Shown here piece after piece: positions 18,680-28,158 of a stretch of DNA of 64,000 bases; position 1 is the stretch's first letter, and every line of letters starts with the position of its first letter. The notes under the pieces were generated by a model. That model saw only the letters and a program-made list of their open reading frames with translations. It had not been told where the DNA came from and did not search any database. The DNA is from a virus. Lineage: Duplodnaviria; Heunggongvirae; Uroviricota; Caudoviricetes. Both the position numbers and the translations under genes were made by a program. The stretch lies in the IMG/VR virus record IMGVR_UViG_3300014205_000176; one strand, written 5' to 3'.

Positions 18680-18976
18680 GTGAAGTTCAAGTTAGATGGT
18701 GGGGAGAAGTATCCTTACTACTTTCTTGTGGATAGGAAACGCGCCACTGAGTACGGTTGAGAAAAGGAAACCTGTAGGGAGCTGACCCAAGCTGAGAAGG
18801 ACGCAATCTTCGATAGGGAAGCAACTGAGTTCACTGATGCTGAGGTAGCAATTGTGAACTTATACAATGCTGCTTGCAATGAGTTTGATGCTCTTATCAA
18901 GCGGAAGCAGGCGGAGAACAGGGAGAAGCATGGAACGTCTTTATGTAGAGATTGCTCGCACGGTGCGGGCATATGA
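18680..18976 (+). pseudogene. hypothetical gene with in-frame TGA
   Basis: GTG at 18680; VKFKLDGGEKYPYYFLVDRKRATEYG*EKETCRELTQ...; TGA at 18758-18760 and the frame stays open afterwards. Confidence 0.5.
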
Positions 18977-19313
18977 GAACTGTTGCAATTCACCTGGGCA
19001 TGAAGAGTGGAAACTCAAACATGCCCAGAGCCTCGGCGAACTCGTACATGAACACATGCCCAGCGGTTCAGGTGTGGACAATGGGACGAGTTTGAATCTT
19101 GAGAAGAGCAATGGTGAGAGGCTAGTGTTTGAGACTAGTTATCATCATATGAACGAAGGCGGAGTGTATGATGGTTGGACTGAGCATACGGTGGTGGTGA
19201 CGGCATCGCTTATGTTTGGTGTGAACATACGGATCACGGGGCGCAACCGGAACGACATCAAGGAATACCTTCACAGTCTTTTTCAGGAGGCGTTGTTGAA
19301 GGAAGTGGAGTAG
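18930..19313 (+). CDS. conserved phage hypothetical protein
   Basis: MPSGSGVDNGT...SYHHMNEGGVYDGWTEHTVVVTASL...GRNRNDIKEYL. Confidence 0.8.
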   Translation: MERLYVEIARTVRAYENCCNSPGHEEWKLKHAQSLGELVHEHMPSGSGVDNGTSLNLEKSNGERLVFETSYHHMNEGGVYDGWTEHTVVVTASLMFGVNIRITGRNRNDIKEYLHSLFQEALLKEVE

Positions 19314-19338
19314 GTGGTTGTTACCAAAGGAGGAAGTT

Positions 19339-19590
19339 ATGAATTTGATATTTGCGATTCTTTTCATGGCTTTCTCCGTTGGGGCGGCCGAAGAATCATC
19401 AATACTTTACTCGGCGCTACCCAAGGATGGTTGTGCTGAGGGGCGAAAGCGGTGTGAAGGGATCTGCCATCGCTGCATAGCTGAGGGGCGGAGACCTGAT
19501 GGTTGTTACGGGGGAGTGGTATTCAACATCTGTTGCGATGGCAATGGAGGACGCACGGACGGGAGTTCGTGTGAATGTAGGGCAAAATGA
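19339..19590 (+). CDS. Cys-rich secreted protein
   Basis: Signal peptide plus about 9 Cys; AAGGAGG RBS. Confidence 0.75.
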   Translation: MNLIFAILFMAFSVGAAEESSILYSALPKDGCAEGRKRCEGICHRCIAEGRRPDGCYGGVVFNICCDGNGGRTDGSSCECRAK

Positions 19591-19781
19591 AAGAATTAGG
19601 AACTGACCCATTGTGTTTGCTTGAGCATGACGAGTTTGCCTACGAGGCGTTGCCTGAGTGCTACAAGAATGATCATTCTCTCAAGTTCTTCTTGGATGTG
19701 AATGGTAACTTATGTGCGGAACATACTCTTTATCCCGAGGAATACTTGTGGGTGAATGGGGAGTGGTCGAGGATCAAATGA
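19587..19781 (+). CDS. hypothetical protein
   Basis: ATGA overlap with the upstream gene. Confidence 0.7.
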   Translation: MKELGTDPLCLLEHDEFAYEALPECYKNDHSLKFFLDVNGNLCAEHTLYPEEYLWVNGEWSRIK

Positions 19782-20017
19782 AAGTCCAAGTTGACAACAA
19801 GGTAGTAACGATGGTTCTTGTATCTCGGGAGGCACATCAATCGAACAAGATTGTGTATCACGAGTTGAACGAGCATGGGCAACCGATGACAGAACATTCG
19901 TTTTCGAGGGACTTCTTACAAGGTGATGGATCGTTCTGGGTGAATGGCCATCACTACAGAACGGGCAACATGGTAGGTGTGGAGTGTGAGATGACGGAGT
20001 GTGATTGTTGCTCTTAA
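19778..20017 (+). CDS. hypothetical protein
   Basis: ATGA overlap with the upstream gene. Confidence 0.65.
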   Translation: MKVQVDNKVVTMVLVSREAHQSNKIVYHELNEHGQPMTEHSFSRDFLQGDGSFWVNGHHYRTGNMVGVECEMTECDCCS

Positions 20018-20059
20018 AGTTTGGAGAGTGTAAACCTGAATTGAGAAAGAGGCAGACCA

Positions 20060-20404
20060 ATGTCTGTTGATCTACCCACCACCGAACATGCTACGGCGCA
20101 AGAGTTGGCAGTTTGGTGCAGTGATGTGCAATTGGCCCGAGCGATTACTTACTTAGAGTTAGTTCACTTAAAGCAGATCCAACCAGGGCCGGAGATTGAG
20201 AAGCTGCTTGGTGAAGATTCATTACTTACTTGGAATGAATGGGAAGTAGATGCAGTGCAGCGCCGGATATCGTTGGCGTTGTATATAAAGAGGACCTTGA
20301 AGGTTGATCGTCGCAAGGCGAGCTACCCGATAACTCGAATCATTCACAATTGTGTTGAGTGTCATCGAGGCGAGGTACTGAGTTCCTACAACACACGAAG
20401 GTAA
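20060..20404 (+). CDS. hypothetical protein
   Basis: AAAGAGG RBS. Confidence 0.7.
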   Translation: MSVDLPTTEHATAQELAVWCSDVQLARAITYLELVHLKQIQPGPEIEKLLGEDSLLTWNEWEVDAVQRRISLALYIKRTLKVDRRKASYPITRIIHNCVECHRGEVLSSYNTRR

Positions 20405-20407
20405 CTG

Positions 20408-20680
20408 ATGGACAAGCCAAGTGTAGTTCGTATTATTAGAATTGCCAGGGCCGAAGCTAGGAGTGCTTTCAAACTATCAAAGCATCATGATGGGGCCTTG
20501 GCAGCCAACAGCTCGAACGATGCTTATACAGCAGCAGAAAAGTTAGTACTGGATGGGTCTCTCGGGTGGAAATCCGAGGCTCTTAAACAGCTCCAACATA
20601 CTGCCAAGCTAGAATACTTAGTATTAGGCAGCAATAGCAATGCGGCAAAAGCAATAGCCGCACTGGAGGGACTGGAGTAA
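20408..20680 (+). CDS. hypothetical protein
   Basis: Packed ORF. Confidence 0.7.
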   Translation: MDKPSVVRIIRIARAEARSAFKLSKHHDGALAANSSNDAYTAAEKLVLDGSLGWKSEALKQLQHTAKLEYLVLGSNSNAAKAIAALEGLE

Positions 20681-20682
20681 CA

Positions 20683-21300
20683 ATGGCAAAGACATCAACG
20701 GCAAATAATATTTCCATACCAGCTCCGAGAATTCATCCGGAGTTAGTTCAGGAAGCCAAGAAGCGGGAAGTCAAGAAGAACACCAAGGCTCGGCCGGCGC
20801 AGCAACGTAGCGACCGACAACCTTCGGTTGTTAAAAAGCCAACGGCCAAAGCTGCACCGAAAGCAGCCGCACCCAAGAGCAAGCGTGTGCAGTTGTTATC
20901 AATCAAGGATGCAAGTTCCGTGATTGACCAGATACGGATAGCATTCTCGGTCTCGGCGATTGGTTCGCTAGTGGGCATCGTGTTAGGGGCATCAATACCG
21001 CTGACAACGTTCATGATAGCACACCATGAAGTCAAGGAGTTCTGGTCATTCTACACGGCATTGGTAGCCGGCGGTCTGATTTTTTCAGCAAACAGTGTGT
21101 TCTTCTGGACCAAGGCAGCATTCAGAAGTTCTGTCAAAGCTCTAGGATTCGTTGTTCTAATTGAAGGGGCAATGATCTTGAGCAAGATTGAGTGGCTTGG
21201 ATATCTTGGGTTGGGAATTCTAATTGCTATCAATGCGGTAGCGAGTGGAGCCAACCTGGTCATCAAGCCGGCAGTTCCGAAGAAGCCGAGCTGGATATAG
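20683..21300 (+). CDS. membrane protein with a basic Lys/Ala-rich N-terminus
   Basis: KKPTAKAAPKAAAPKSK followed by about four TM helices. Confidence 0.8.
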   Translation: MAKTSTANNISIPAPRIHPELVQEAKKREVKKNTKARPAQQRSDRQPSVVKKPTAKAAPKAAAPKSKRVQLLSIKDASSVIDQIRIAFSVSAIGSLVGIVLGASIPLTTFMIAHHEVKEFWSFYTALVAGGLIFSANSVFFWTKAAFRSSVKALGFVVLIEGAMILSKIEWLGYLGLGILIAINAVASGANLVIKPAVPKKPSWI

Positions 21301-21512
21301 CCGAAACCGCTTTTGGGTCGTTACTTACAGAACAAGGAAACTGAAATGTCAAAAAATATCAAAACACAGTTTGATTTGTACAAGGCTGCTGATAATAAGG
21401 TTCAGGAATGCCGAGCGGCTCTTGAGGCATCGATGCGGGAGCGTTCGGTTATAGTGGAGCAGATTGTTAGTGAGTTGAACAGAATCCAGAAACGGCTGGA
21501 AGGAGAAGGACG

Positions 21513-21755
21513 ATGAATGTAACGAAGGTATCTAGTACATTATATATTGCTCACGTGGAAGTACACGTACCGAATCAAGATAGTGAGGCGGGTTGGGTAC
21601 TTGATCGATTTGAGGGCGAGCCATGCCCGAGCGGGTTTGACTCCTGGGAACAATTGAAGGCTCGGTTATTGGAAGCTGGTTTTGAATATGACCCCAGCTT
21701 AGTGAAGCTGACTCGGTATGATCTAGGCACCACGAAATATCTATTCTTGATTTAA
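21513..21755 (+). CDS. hypothetical protein
   Basis: AAGGA RBS, 80 aa. Confidence 0.7.
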   Translation: MNVTKVSSTLYIAHVEVHVPNQDSEAGWVLDRFEGEPCPSGFDSWEQLKARLLEAGFEYDPSLVKLTRYDLGTTKYLFLI

Positions 21756-21882
21756 ACGCCACGGACCAACCAACCCGTTTCGAAGTCACCTTGCAAATGA
21801 TTAGCCTGTCTTCGAGGTACTCAGGCCGGTCTCTTTCCCCAGTTCCGAAACCCAACGGAATAGCCGACCTAATTCAACAGCC

Positions 21883-21911
21883 TTGACAGATAGTGGAAGG
21901 TTTAGTATTGT
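21883..21911 (+). promoter_or_regulatory. sigma70-type promoter
   Basis: TTGACA-17 bp-TATTGT. Confidence 0.7.
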
Positions 21912-21916
21912 GCATG

Positions 21917-22195
21917 AGACTTGCCATCGGTTCACCACCTACCGAGGCAATGCAGTGTGGAAACGTAGTTTCCCCTGCGTATGCAGTTGAGCGAGCCCAA
22001 TCCCCCTTGGGTTAGCTTGGTGCCGGTCTGCAAAGGTAGCATAGCTGACTGCGCCGCTGAGAAGCGGCAGAAGCGGCGAGAGCTGCTGAATCAAAACCGG
22101 CAATTTTTCAGATGGCCCGCTAGACAATTGATGGGCCGTATTTTCCTGGGTCGGCCGGACGTTTTAGATGGAGCCGGAGACCCAGGTCTCTTTTT
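21917..22195 (+). ncRNA. candidate structured ncRNA or long structured leader, family unknown
   Basis: Consecutive stems, a multibranch closed by TGCCGGT/ACCGGCA with two GAGA-tetraloop hairpins, and a final stem with a T-rich tail; starts just after the promoter. Confidence 0.55.
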
Positions 22196-22235
22196 ACCCA
22201 AAACCCAGGCCTATCACCCGGCCGGAAAGAAGAGT

Positions 22236-22589
22236 ATGAACCGCTGGCATTTAGACGATAAGTTCTGGAAGGTTGGCAAGATCGTAGTGATCATCGATTC
22301 CAAGGGCAACGGAGAGGCAGTTCTGACTACTATCACGAAGATAGGTCAGAAGTATGTCACGGCTCTTAGCAAGCGATTCTATGTCATGGGGTCCTGCATA
22401 CCAAGGCAGATAGGTTCGGCCAAGTTAGAGAACCCATTAGTTCTCTACACCATGGAGCAGATTAGCGAGTTAGTGTACATGCCTCAAGTTCAATCAGCTT
22501 TGTTGAAACTTATGATGGGTGCTCAACTCCTTCAAATTGGAGATGTTCTAGGAATTGAACGACCACAGCATTTGCGGAAAGTTAGGTAA
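22236..22589 (+). CDS. hypothetical protein
   Basis: Likely ATG at 22236; the longer ORF from 21981 has no credible start. Confidence 0.65.
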   Translation: MNRWHLDDKFWKVGKIVVIIDSKGNGEAVLTTITKIGQKYVTALSKRFYVMGSCIPRQIGSAKLENPLVLYTMEQISELVYMPQVQSALLKLMMGAQLLQIGDVLGIERPQHLRKVR

Positions 22590-22591
22590 CC

Positions 22592-23386
22592 ATGGCAGAC
22601 TATAAAGACAACGACCCCAAGGGATGCGGAGACCTCTCGGGAGGAGCTGCGTTGGGCCGCTCCACGATTCAAGGCGAGCTAGGTAAAGGCGAAACGCTAA
22701 CGGTAGTCCGCAAGCAATTGGAAGGTGACTACGATGAGAACGGGACATACTTCGGTGGTGGGTCTGGTACGCAGCCGTTGTTCTGGGTCTCTTCGGAGGA
22801 CGGTGGTATTGACTACATGATCCGAGCGAAGGACATTGGCGATGCACGAGCACAGGTTGCTGCCAAATATCCTGGAGCCAAGATTGCTGGAGATTCATAC
22901 AACGTGAGTCTCGATCTGGACACTCTGCAACAATTTCTCGACTGCGAAGTTGAGAGTTTGGAATGCGACCCGAACGTAGTTGCCACAGTGAACGATGAGA
23001 TAAAGACCGCTGCAGAGGAATTCGAGACGGCGATATGGCGCACACTAGAAACCTGGGTGAGTGCCAATCTCGGGTTGCTTGATCTTGACGGATTCGAGCC
23101 GGACGCAGACGGGTTGGTTACCGGGTCGATTGTGCGGGAGATGTCAATTCTCAGCGGTGGTGCTGGATACCTGTACTACCAAGAGCATGAGGGTGCGGGT
23201 GTAGGAACATGGGATGGTGATTGGGATCATCTTTTCAAGGACCATCGTGTTACGCTCCGGGCGTTATCTGAAGTGGTGAAGAACGCAACGCATGCTGAGT
23301 ATCACAAGCTCAAGACGGCGTTGGAAAATTGTGCGTTTTCGAGCGTACCTGAAGAAGAGGATGACGAAGATGAAGACGAAGACTGA
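22592..23386 (+). CDS. acidic hypothetical protein (264 aa)
   Basis: Long ORF with an acidic tail. Confidence 0.8.
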   Translation: MADYKDNDPKGCGDLSGGAALGRSTIQGELGKGETLTVVRKQLEGDYDENGTYFGGGSGTQPLFWVSSEDGGIDYMIRAKDIGDARAQVAAKYPGAKIAGDSYNVSLDLDTLQQFLDCEVESLECDPNVVATVNDEIKTAAEEFETAIWRTLETWVSANLGLLDLDGFEPDADGLVTGSIVREMSILSGGAGYLYYQEHEGAGVGTWDGDWDHLFKDHRVTLRALSEVVKNATHAEYHKLKTALENCAFSSVPEEEDDEDEDED

Positions 23387-23633
23387 TGAAAGCAAGTTGT
23401 TCAACATTCTCGACGGCAAGGACGAGAATGTATTAGGGGGTTCGGTACCCCTTGATAATTGTTACATCTCGCAATACGGTGCAATCCAAGCAGGTGAGAA
23501 ATTGCCGAAGGATTTGGAAGTTGGCGAATCAACCCGAGCCGAATACAACATGGGTGGTGGTAGCAAGCCCCAAGCTACGGCACGCTCGCGAAAGTCAAAG
23601 CGACACATCTACCGCATCGTGAGGGTAGCATGA
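23370..23633 (+). CDS. hypothetical protein
   Basis: Packed ORF; start uncertain. Confidence 0.6.
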   Translation: MKTKTDESKLFNILDGKDENVLGGSVPLDNCYISQYGAIQAGEKLPKDLEVGESTRAEYNMGGGSKPQATARSRKSKRHIYRIVRVA

Positions 23634-23944
23634 TAACGCACGAGACTCCGGCAGAAGCACTGGACTCGATGATGAGCATGACCCGTACATTGGGTGCAGC
23701 TCAGTGGCGTCAGCTTGGCGAGGATGCTTCCAACGATGGTGCGGCTTGGTTAGGTTGCATTGACAGGGCGATTGAAGCGGTGAAGGTCAAAGACATAGCT
23801 AACGCAGAAGATAATTTGTGGTTGGCTCACGAGATTGAATCGAATTGGAAAACTTTCAACGAGGTAGCTCTGAGAATCATTCGGGTATTGGAGCAGCTCC
23901 ATAGCCCTGAGTCTTTAGAGAACTACCTTCTGAACGGAGTTTGA
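23630..23944 (+). CDS. hypothetical protein
   Basis: ATGA overlap with the upstream gene. Confidence 0.7.
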   Translation: MITHETPAEALDSMMSMTRTLGAAQWRQLGEDASNDGAAWLGCIDRAIEAVKVKDIANAEDNLWLAHEIESNWKTFNEVALRIIRVLEQLHSPESLENYLLNGV

Positions 23945-23945
23945 T

Positions 23946-24341
23946 ATGTCAAGACATGGAATGTTACTTGCGAACGTCAAGAACATGAAGTCCTTTTTCG
24001 AGGATTACATGGCGCATGACGGTGATTGGGATGTCAAGAGTTTGAAGGCACTTGACCAAACCTTCCGGGCCACAACGAGTGCAATCTCGATGCGTCCGGT
24101 ACGTGCAGCGATGGAGCTTGCAGACAAGACCATGCACGGTCACGGAGTCGAAGAGATTGTCGGCTTCAAGAACTCGTCGAAGGAGATGACGACGGTTGCT
24201 CATTACGTGAACATGGGTGACACGTACGCATCGACAATCATCTATGATTGCCTAGCTGACAAGTTCTATGTTGGAACGTACGGCGATTGGTTGGAGTGGC
24301 GGGAAGGGAACGAAGACTATGGACTCGGCGAGAATGACTAA
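23946..24341 (+). CDS. conserved phage hypothetical protein
   Basis: HGHGVEEI...YVNMGDTYASTIIYD...FYVGTYGDWLE. Confidence 0.75.
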   Translation: MSRHGMLLANVKNMKSFFEDYMAHDGDWDVKSLKALDQTFRATTSAISMRPVRAAMELADKTMHGHGVEEIVGFKNSSKEMTTVAHYVNMGDTYASTIIYDCLADKFYVGTYGDWLEWREGNEDYGLGEND

Positions 24342-24885
24342 TCCCAAGCCGGAGGATATTCTCTGGGAGGGGGTAGCGGACAGTAGGTTATCTCGGATAG
24401 TACGGCATGGCAGCAGAGGTTGTTATGCCGAGGTATTCGAGGATAATTCGGTAGATAGTGGGTATCGGGCAGCGATTGGTGAGATGGAAGATAGCGCTGT
24501 GTATCAGGTCGCTTTCTTAGACATGAAGAAAAAACTTGATGAGATACTTGAGTTACGGGCCAGTATTAATACCAAGGCGCTGGCACGAGGGCGAGTCTCA
24601 GAACTGGCACAGTACGGGCCTTATGGTGGAAAGGGCATTCGGAGACGACGGGAATTTGAGGGCTATATTGCAAATCACTTGCCAAAAGAATATCGGTATG
24701 GTCAGATGTATCTAGCTGAGGTTCCTGGAGGATCTCATCGAGCACTTGTAGAAACCAGAGTGTACTTAGCGAATCTGGCAGCGGACGAGCTTAGAGCGCT
24801 TCTTCCAAAAGAGGCTCTTGATAACATACCGGATGTGTTCTTAGGTGACATTCCAAGAATTCAGGATATTGGAAAGAAAGGATGA
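24334..24885 (+). CDS. hypothetical protein
   Basis: ATG at 24334. Confidence 0.7.
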   Translation: MTNPKPEDILWEGVADSRLSRIVRHGSRGCYAEVFEDNSVDSGYRAAIGEMEDSAVYQVAFLDMKKKLDEILELRASINTKALARGRVSELAQYGPYGGKGIRRRREFEGYIANHLPKEYRYGQMYLAEVPGGSHRALVETRVYLANLAADELRALLPKEALDNIPDVFLGDIPRIQDIGKKG

Positions 24886-24894
24886 TGTAGTAAC

Positions 24895-25210
24895 ATGGCA
24901 CAAGGCAGAATATCACCACCCGAGATGTGGACAGCACGGTATTTCACGAGCTGGTTCATTCCACGGGGCACAGCATGTGAGTTTTGCAAGCCATGCGTAC
25001 TCGCAAGAGGAATTGGTAGCTGAGTTTGGAGCTGCGATGCTCTGTGGGAAGGCAGGGATTGCAACGAAGACAATCGAGAACTCGGCGGCGTATATCAAAT
25101 TATGGGAAAGGAAATTGACTCCTGAGATGTTGATTTTTGGAAGCCGGGAAGCGCGGAAGGCATTTGACTACGTGATAGACAAGGCTGCTGAGGAAGAAGT
25201 TGCAGCATAG
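24895..25210 (+). pseudogene. ArdC-like zincin metallopeptidase relic
   Basis: STVFHELVHSTGH (HExxH) lies in one frame and YSQEELVAEFGAAMLC...ENSAAYIKLW in another; the N-terminal ssDNA-binding domain is absent. Confidence 0.7.
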
Positions 25211-25218
25211 GAGGATCA

Positions 25219-25413
25219 ATGAAGGTAATAATTGGGATTCAATGTGACAATTCGGCATTTGAAGACAACATGGTAGGCGAGGTTCAGCGCATTCTCAGAG
25301 CAGCTGGCGCAATATTCGCTGAGTTAGTAGAGGGTGACGAAGCGGCTAAACATAATCTTCGCGATTGCAATGGGAACAATGTTGGTGTCATTGACGTTGA
25401 TTTTGAAGGATGA
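25219..25413 (+). CDS. hypothetical protein
   Basis: GGAGG RBS; DNSAFED...EVQRILR...LRDCNGNNVG. Confidence 0.75.
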   Translation: MKVIIGIQCDNSAFEDNMVGEVQRILRAAGAIFAELVEGDEAAKHNLRDCNGNNVGVIDVDFEG

Positions 25414-26105
25414 CGATGCTGAGAGCAAAGACGGTGGGTGATTGGTTCTTTGACAGGGATGGGCGGTTATCGTTCCGAGGTGTATTTGTGATAGCGGTGG
25501 TAGAGATCAGCGTGTTAGCGAGCTGGGTTATCTGGAGCGTATGAAGACGGGGGCTCTTTCGGGAGCCCTTGTTTTTACCAAAGAAAGAAGTTTTGTCTTG
25601 GGATTCCAAACGAAGTTGATATGGACACTGGGGTTGAGTGGTCATGTCACATCGAGATTGGCGAGAAGATTGAGGAACTACGGTTGGAGCTTTGCAAGCA
25701 GCTGTATACGGACCTTGAAGCTGATTACTATTCGAGCATCAGTGATGAAGAGTGTTTGAATTATCTTCGTGCTCGTCGGTTCGTGATACGAGACGGATTG
25801 GAAAAGCTCATAACGGATCAAGTTCCCTGCGAAGGAGTACAGGTCATATGAAACGGGTACAGGAGTGGTGCCAACAGCATGGGCATCAGCAGTTCTACTT
25901 GACCGAAGGTGGCCTAACGTCTACGCTGTGAAAAGTGCAACGAGACGTTCAACGGTCGGTTCACGGTTGGTGAGTTGTTGATAATTGCAGCGGCTCACAA
26001 GGCGTGTGAATGGGATTACTACCCAGACCAATGGACGGAGCAGCAGATTGCCGAAGCTATCATGCACGGCACGGTTCCTGAGTGAGAAGAGAAGTAAAGC
26101 TGATG

Positions 26106-26145
26106 GGGGTTGCTCGAAAGGGCAGCCCCTTTTGGCGGTTAAGAG
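26106..26145 (+). promoter_or_regulatory. hairpin + TGGCGGTTAAGAG cassette 6
   Basis: 10-bp stem with GAAA loop (26106-26129); motif at 26133-26145. Confidence 0.65.
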
Positions 26146-26190
26146 ACTCGCAAAGGCGAGCATAACAATTTCGAAAGGTTGGATAACACC

Positions 26191-27363
26191 ATGGCAAACA
26201 TCAAAGAAATCATTGCAGAGATGTTGACTGAGGATTGCGGAACGCACATGCTCGATTCGGGTGGTGCTTACGGCCGACATTTCCAGCGCAACCAAGGTCG
26301 AGACTTTGAATCCGAGAAGAGCACGGAGGTGAAGTTTGAGATATACAATGGCAAGCTTGATATCTCGATGACTCACAACGTGTATCACTGGTTGGTGAAT
26401 CGTCTTGAGTTGGCAACGGAACTCGACGGCATCTTCCACGGAATCTACCTCACGAAGAATGGCGCGAGGAAGCCTGAAATCATTCTCGGGATGAATGTTC
26501 GTGATGAGGAAAAGTGTTGGGAAGAGTTGGCGGCAGAGTTTCCGGCTTGGGTAGCTGAGAATATTGCAACGGAAGACTACAGTCTTGTTAGTGCATGCCC
26601 TCCGGAGCCAAAGTTTCCACGAGAACCGAAAGAGCCGAAGCTTGGCAAGACTCGCAAGGCTCGGAAGTATGCCAAGGCGCAGTACGCTAAGGAGATGGCA
26701 GCGTACCGAGTCAAGCTAGAAGCGGCGCGGGATGCTAACGCCAAGTACCGAGAGCGCAAGGCAACGTTGTGTAGATCAAAAGGAATCTACAACGAAGGCG
26801 AGCCGATGACGGTCAACACGTACAACGGCGAAGACATGTTGAGTCAGGTGTTGTTGTATACATACTTCACTTGGAACAACGAGGCGTACATCGTTCTGCA
26901 GATTCACGGTGGAGCTGACGTTCGCGGAGGTTACACGAAGCCTCGGGTATTCAGGGCTGACGGTTGTGGTGATGAGACAGAAATCTTTGACAATGCGAAG
27001 GGTCACATCTTCTGCACAGGCAAGGATCATCATCCGGCAGCTTTGAAGCGCAAGGAATTCCAAGAGAGTCAGTTGGCGTTGCCTGATATCCATGTTGAGA
27101 CAATCAACTTTGATGACTGCAATGCTAATTGGTACACGGATGACAGCTGCAACTTCTACCCTGACGGGTGTTGCGGTAGCAAGTACGTGAACTTGGAAGA
27201 CGAGCCGTGCGTTGATTTGCAGAAGGAGATTGACGAGCACGAGGGCGAGGTGCTGGAAGTTGGCGCTTTGGTACCTGGTGGCTGGCGGCCTGGAGTGGTG
27301 TGTGTCCTGGACGGCAAAGCATACTGTCCGAAGTGTGGTGCGTTGTTGGGAGCAGGAGAATAG
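26191..27363 (+). CDS. conserved phage hypothetical protein with C-terminal Zn ribbon
   Basis: MLTEDCGTHMLDSGGAYGRHFQRNQ...LQIHGGADVRGGYTKPRVF...CPKCG. Confidence 0.85.
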   Translation: MANIKEIIAEMLTEDCGTHMLDSGGAYGRHFQRNQGRDFESEKSTEVKFEIYNGKLDISMTHNVYHWLVNRLELATELDGIFHGIYLTKNGARKPEIILGMNVRDEEKCWEELAAEFPAWVAENIATEDYSLVSACPPEPKFPREPKEPKLGKTRKARKYAKAQYAKEMAAYRVKLEAARDANAKYRERKATLCRSKGIYNEGEPMTVNTYNGEDMLSQVLLYTYFTWNNEAYIVLQIHGGADVRGGYTKPRVFRADGCGDETEIFDNAKGHIFCTGKDHHPAALKRKEFQESQLALPDIHVETINFDDCNANWYTDDSCNFYPDGCCGSKYVNLEDEPCVDLQKEIDEHEGEVLEVGALVPGGWRPGVVCVLDGKAYCPKCGALLGAGE

Positions 27364-27740
27364 GACTTGGAAGGCCGGGGAGTTTTTCATGGTGTTGGCT
27401 CCCCGGTCTTTCGCTAAGGGGGCAAGATGGATGAGTTGAGGTTGCTGAGAGAAGAGAATGTTCTGCTCAAGGTGGAGATTGCTGGATTGAGGTCGCTCGT
27501 TGAAGAGCTGCGCAAGATTGTCAGAGTGGCAATCGCATATTTAGAGGGACGTTGGTAATTGATAGAAAGGTTACGTATCATGTCAGATTCAAATAGAAGC
27601 TTGGTTGCTCGGAACGACTTCATTCGACGGGTGGTCACGGCGAGCAAGATACCGGCGGACAAGTCTACTGAGCTGGCGACAGAACTTTGGAAGCTTCCGG
27701 AGCTTGCTGACAACTGGGATGGATTGACAACTGGCTGCGG

Positions 27741-27959
27741 GTGAACAACGAGGTGCAAGTAATGGAACGCGAAACACGAATAGAGATAGTTGACCATGCG
27801 GTTCGGTGGGCAAACAACATGGTGACGGAAGTGCAATGCAATCACGGAGGGCAGTTGGGTAAGCGAAAGCGTGTTGCTCTCCGAGCCATCGTAACTGCAC
27901 TGGGCGACTACCTACAAGGAGAACAACCTGGTGATGACAAAGAAGAACCTACTGGCTAG
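27741..27959 (+). CDS. hypothetical protein
   Basis: Packed ORF. Confidence 0.6.
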   Translation: MNNEVQVMERETRIEIVDHAVRWANNMVTEVQCNHGGQLGKRKRVALRAIVTALGDYLQGEQPGDDKEEPTG

Positions 27960-28158
27960 CATACTAAATCTAGCTTTTTTGGTAACAATGGTTGGTTGTG
28001 GAGTTGATAAACCAAAGGTGGCGGACATTGTTGTTTGTCATGACAGCTGCAACAAGGCTTTGAAGGCTTGTGTGGATATTTCGGCCGTAACTGATAAGAC
28101 AATGTGCTTCCAAACCAACAATGAATGCATGGCTGCCTGTGCGAAGGTAACGAAATGA
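27934..28158 (+). CDS. Cys-rich putative lipoprotein
   Basis: LAFLVTMVGC lipobox; CxxxCxxxxxxC repeats. Confidence 0.7.
   Translation: MTKKNLLASILNLAFLVTMVGCGVDKPKVADIVVCHDSCNKALKACVDISAVTDKTMCFQTNNECMAACAKVTK

Noticed and set aside
21751-21762. TGGCGTTTAAA on the - strand resembling the cassette motif
   Set aside because: It lacks the final GA and the upstream hairpin and overlaps a stop codon; not counted.
21981-22235. 5' extension of ORF 21981-22589
   Set aside because: No RBS, it overlaps the structured RNA candidate, and there is a better start at 22236.
13144-26145. Hairpin cassettes as integron attC sites or CRISPR repeats
   Set aside because: No consistent RYYYAAC/GTTRRRY boxes, the hairpin sequences differ, spacing is 0.8-7.7 kb, and no integrase or cas gene is present.
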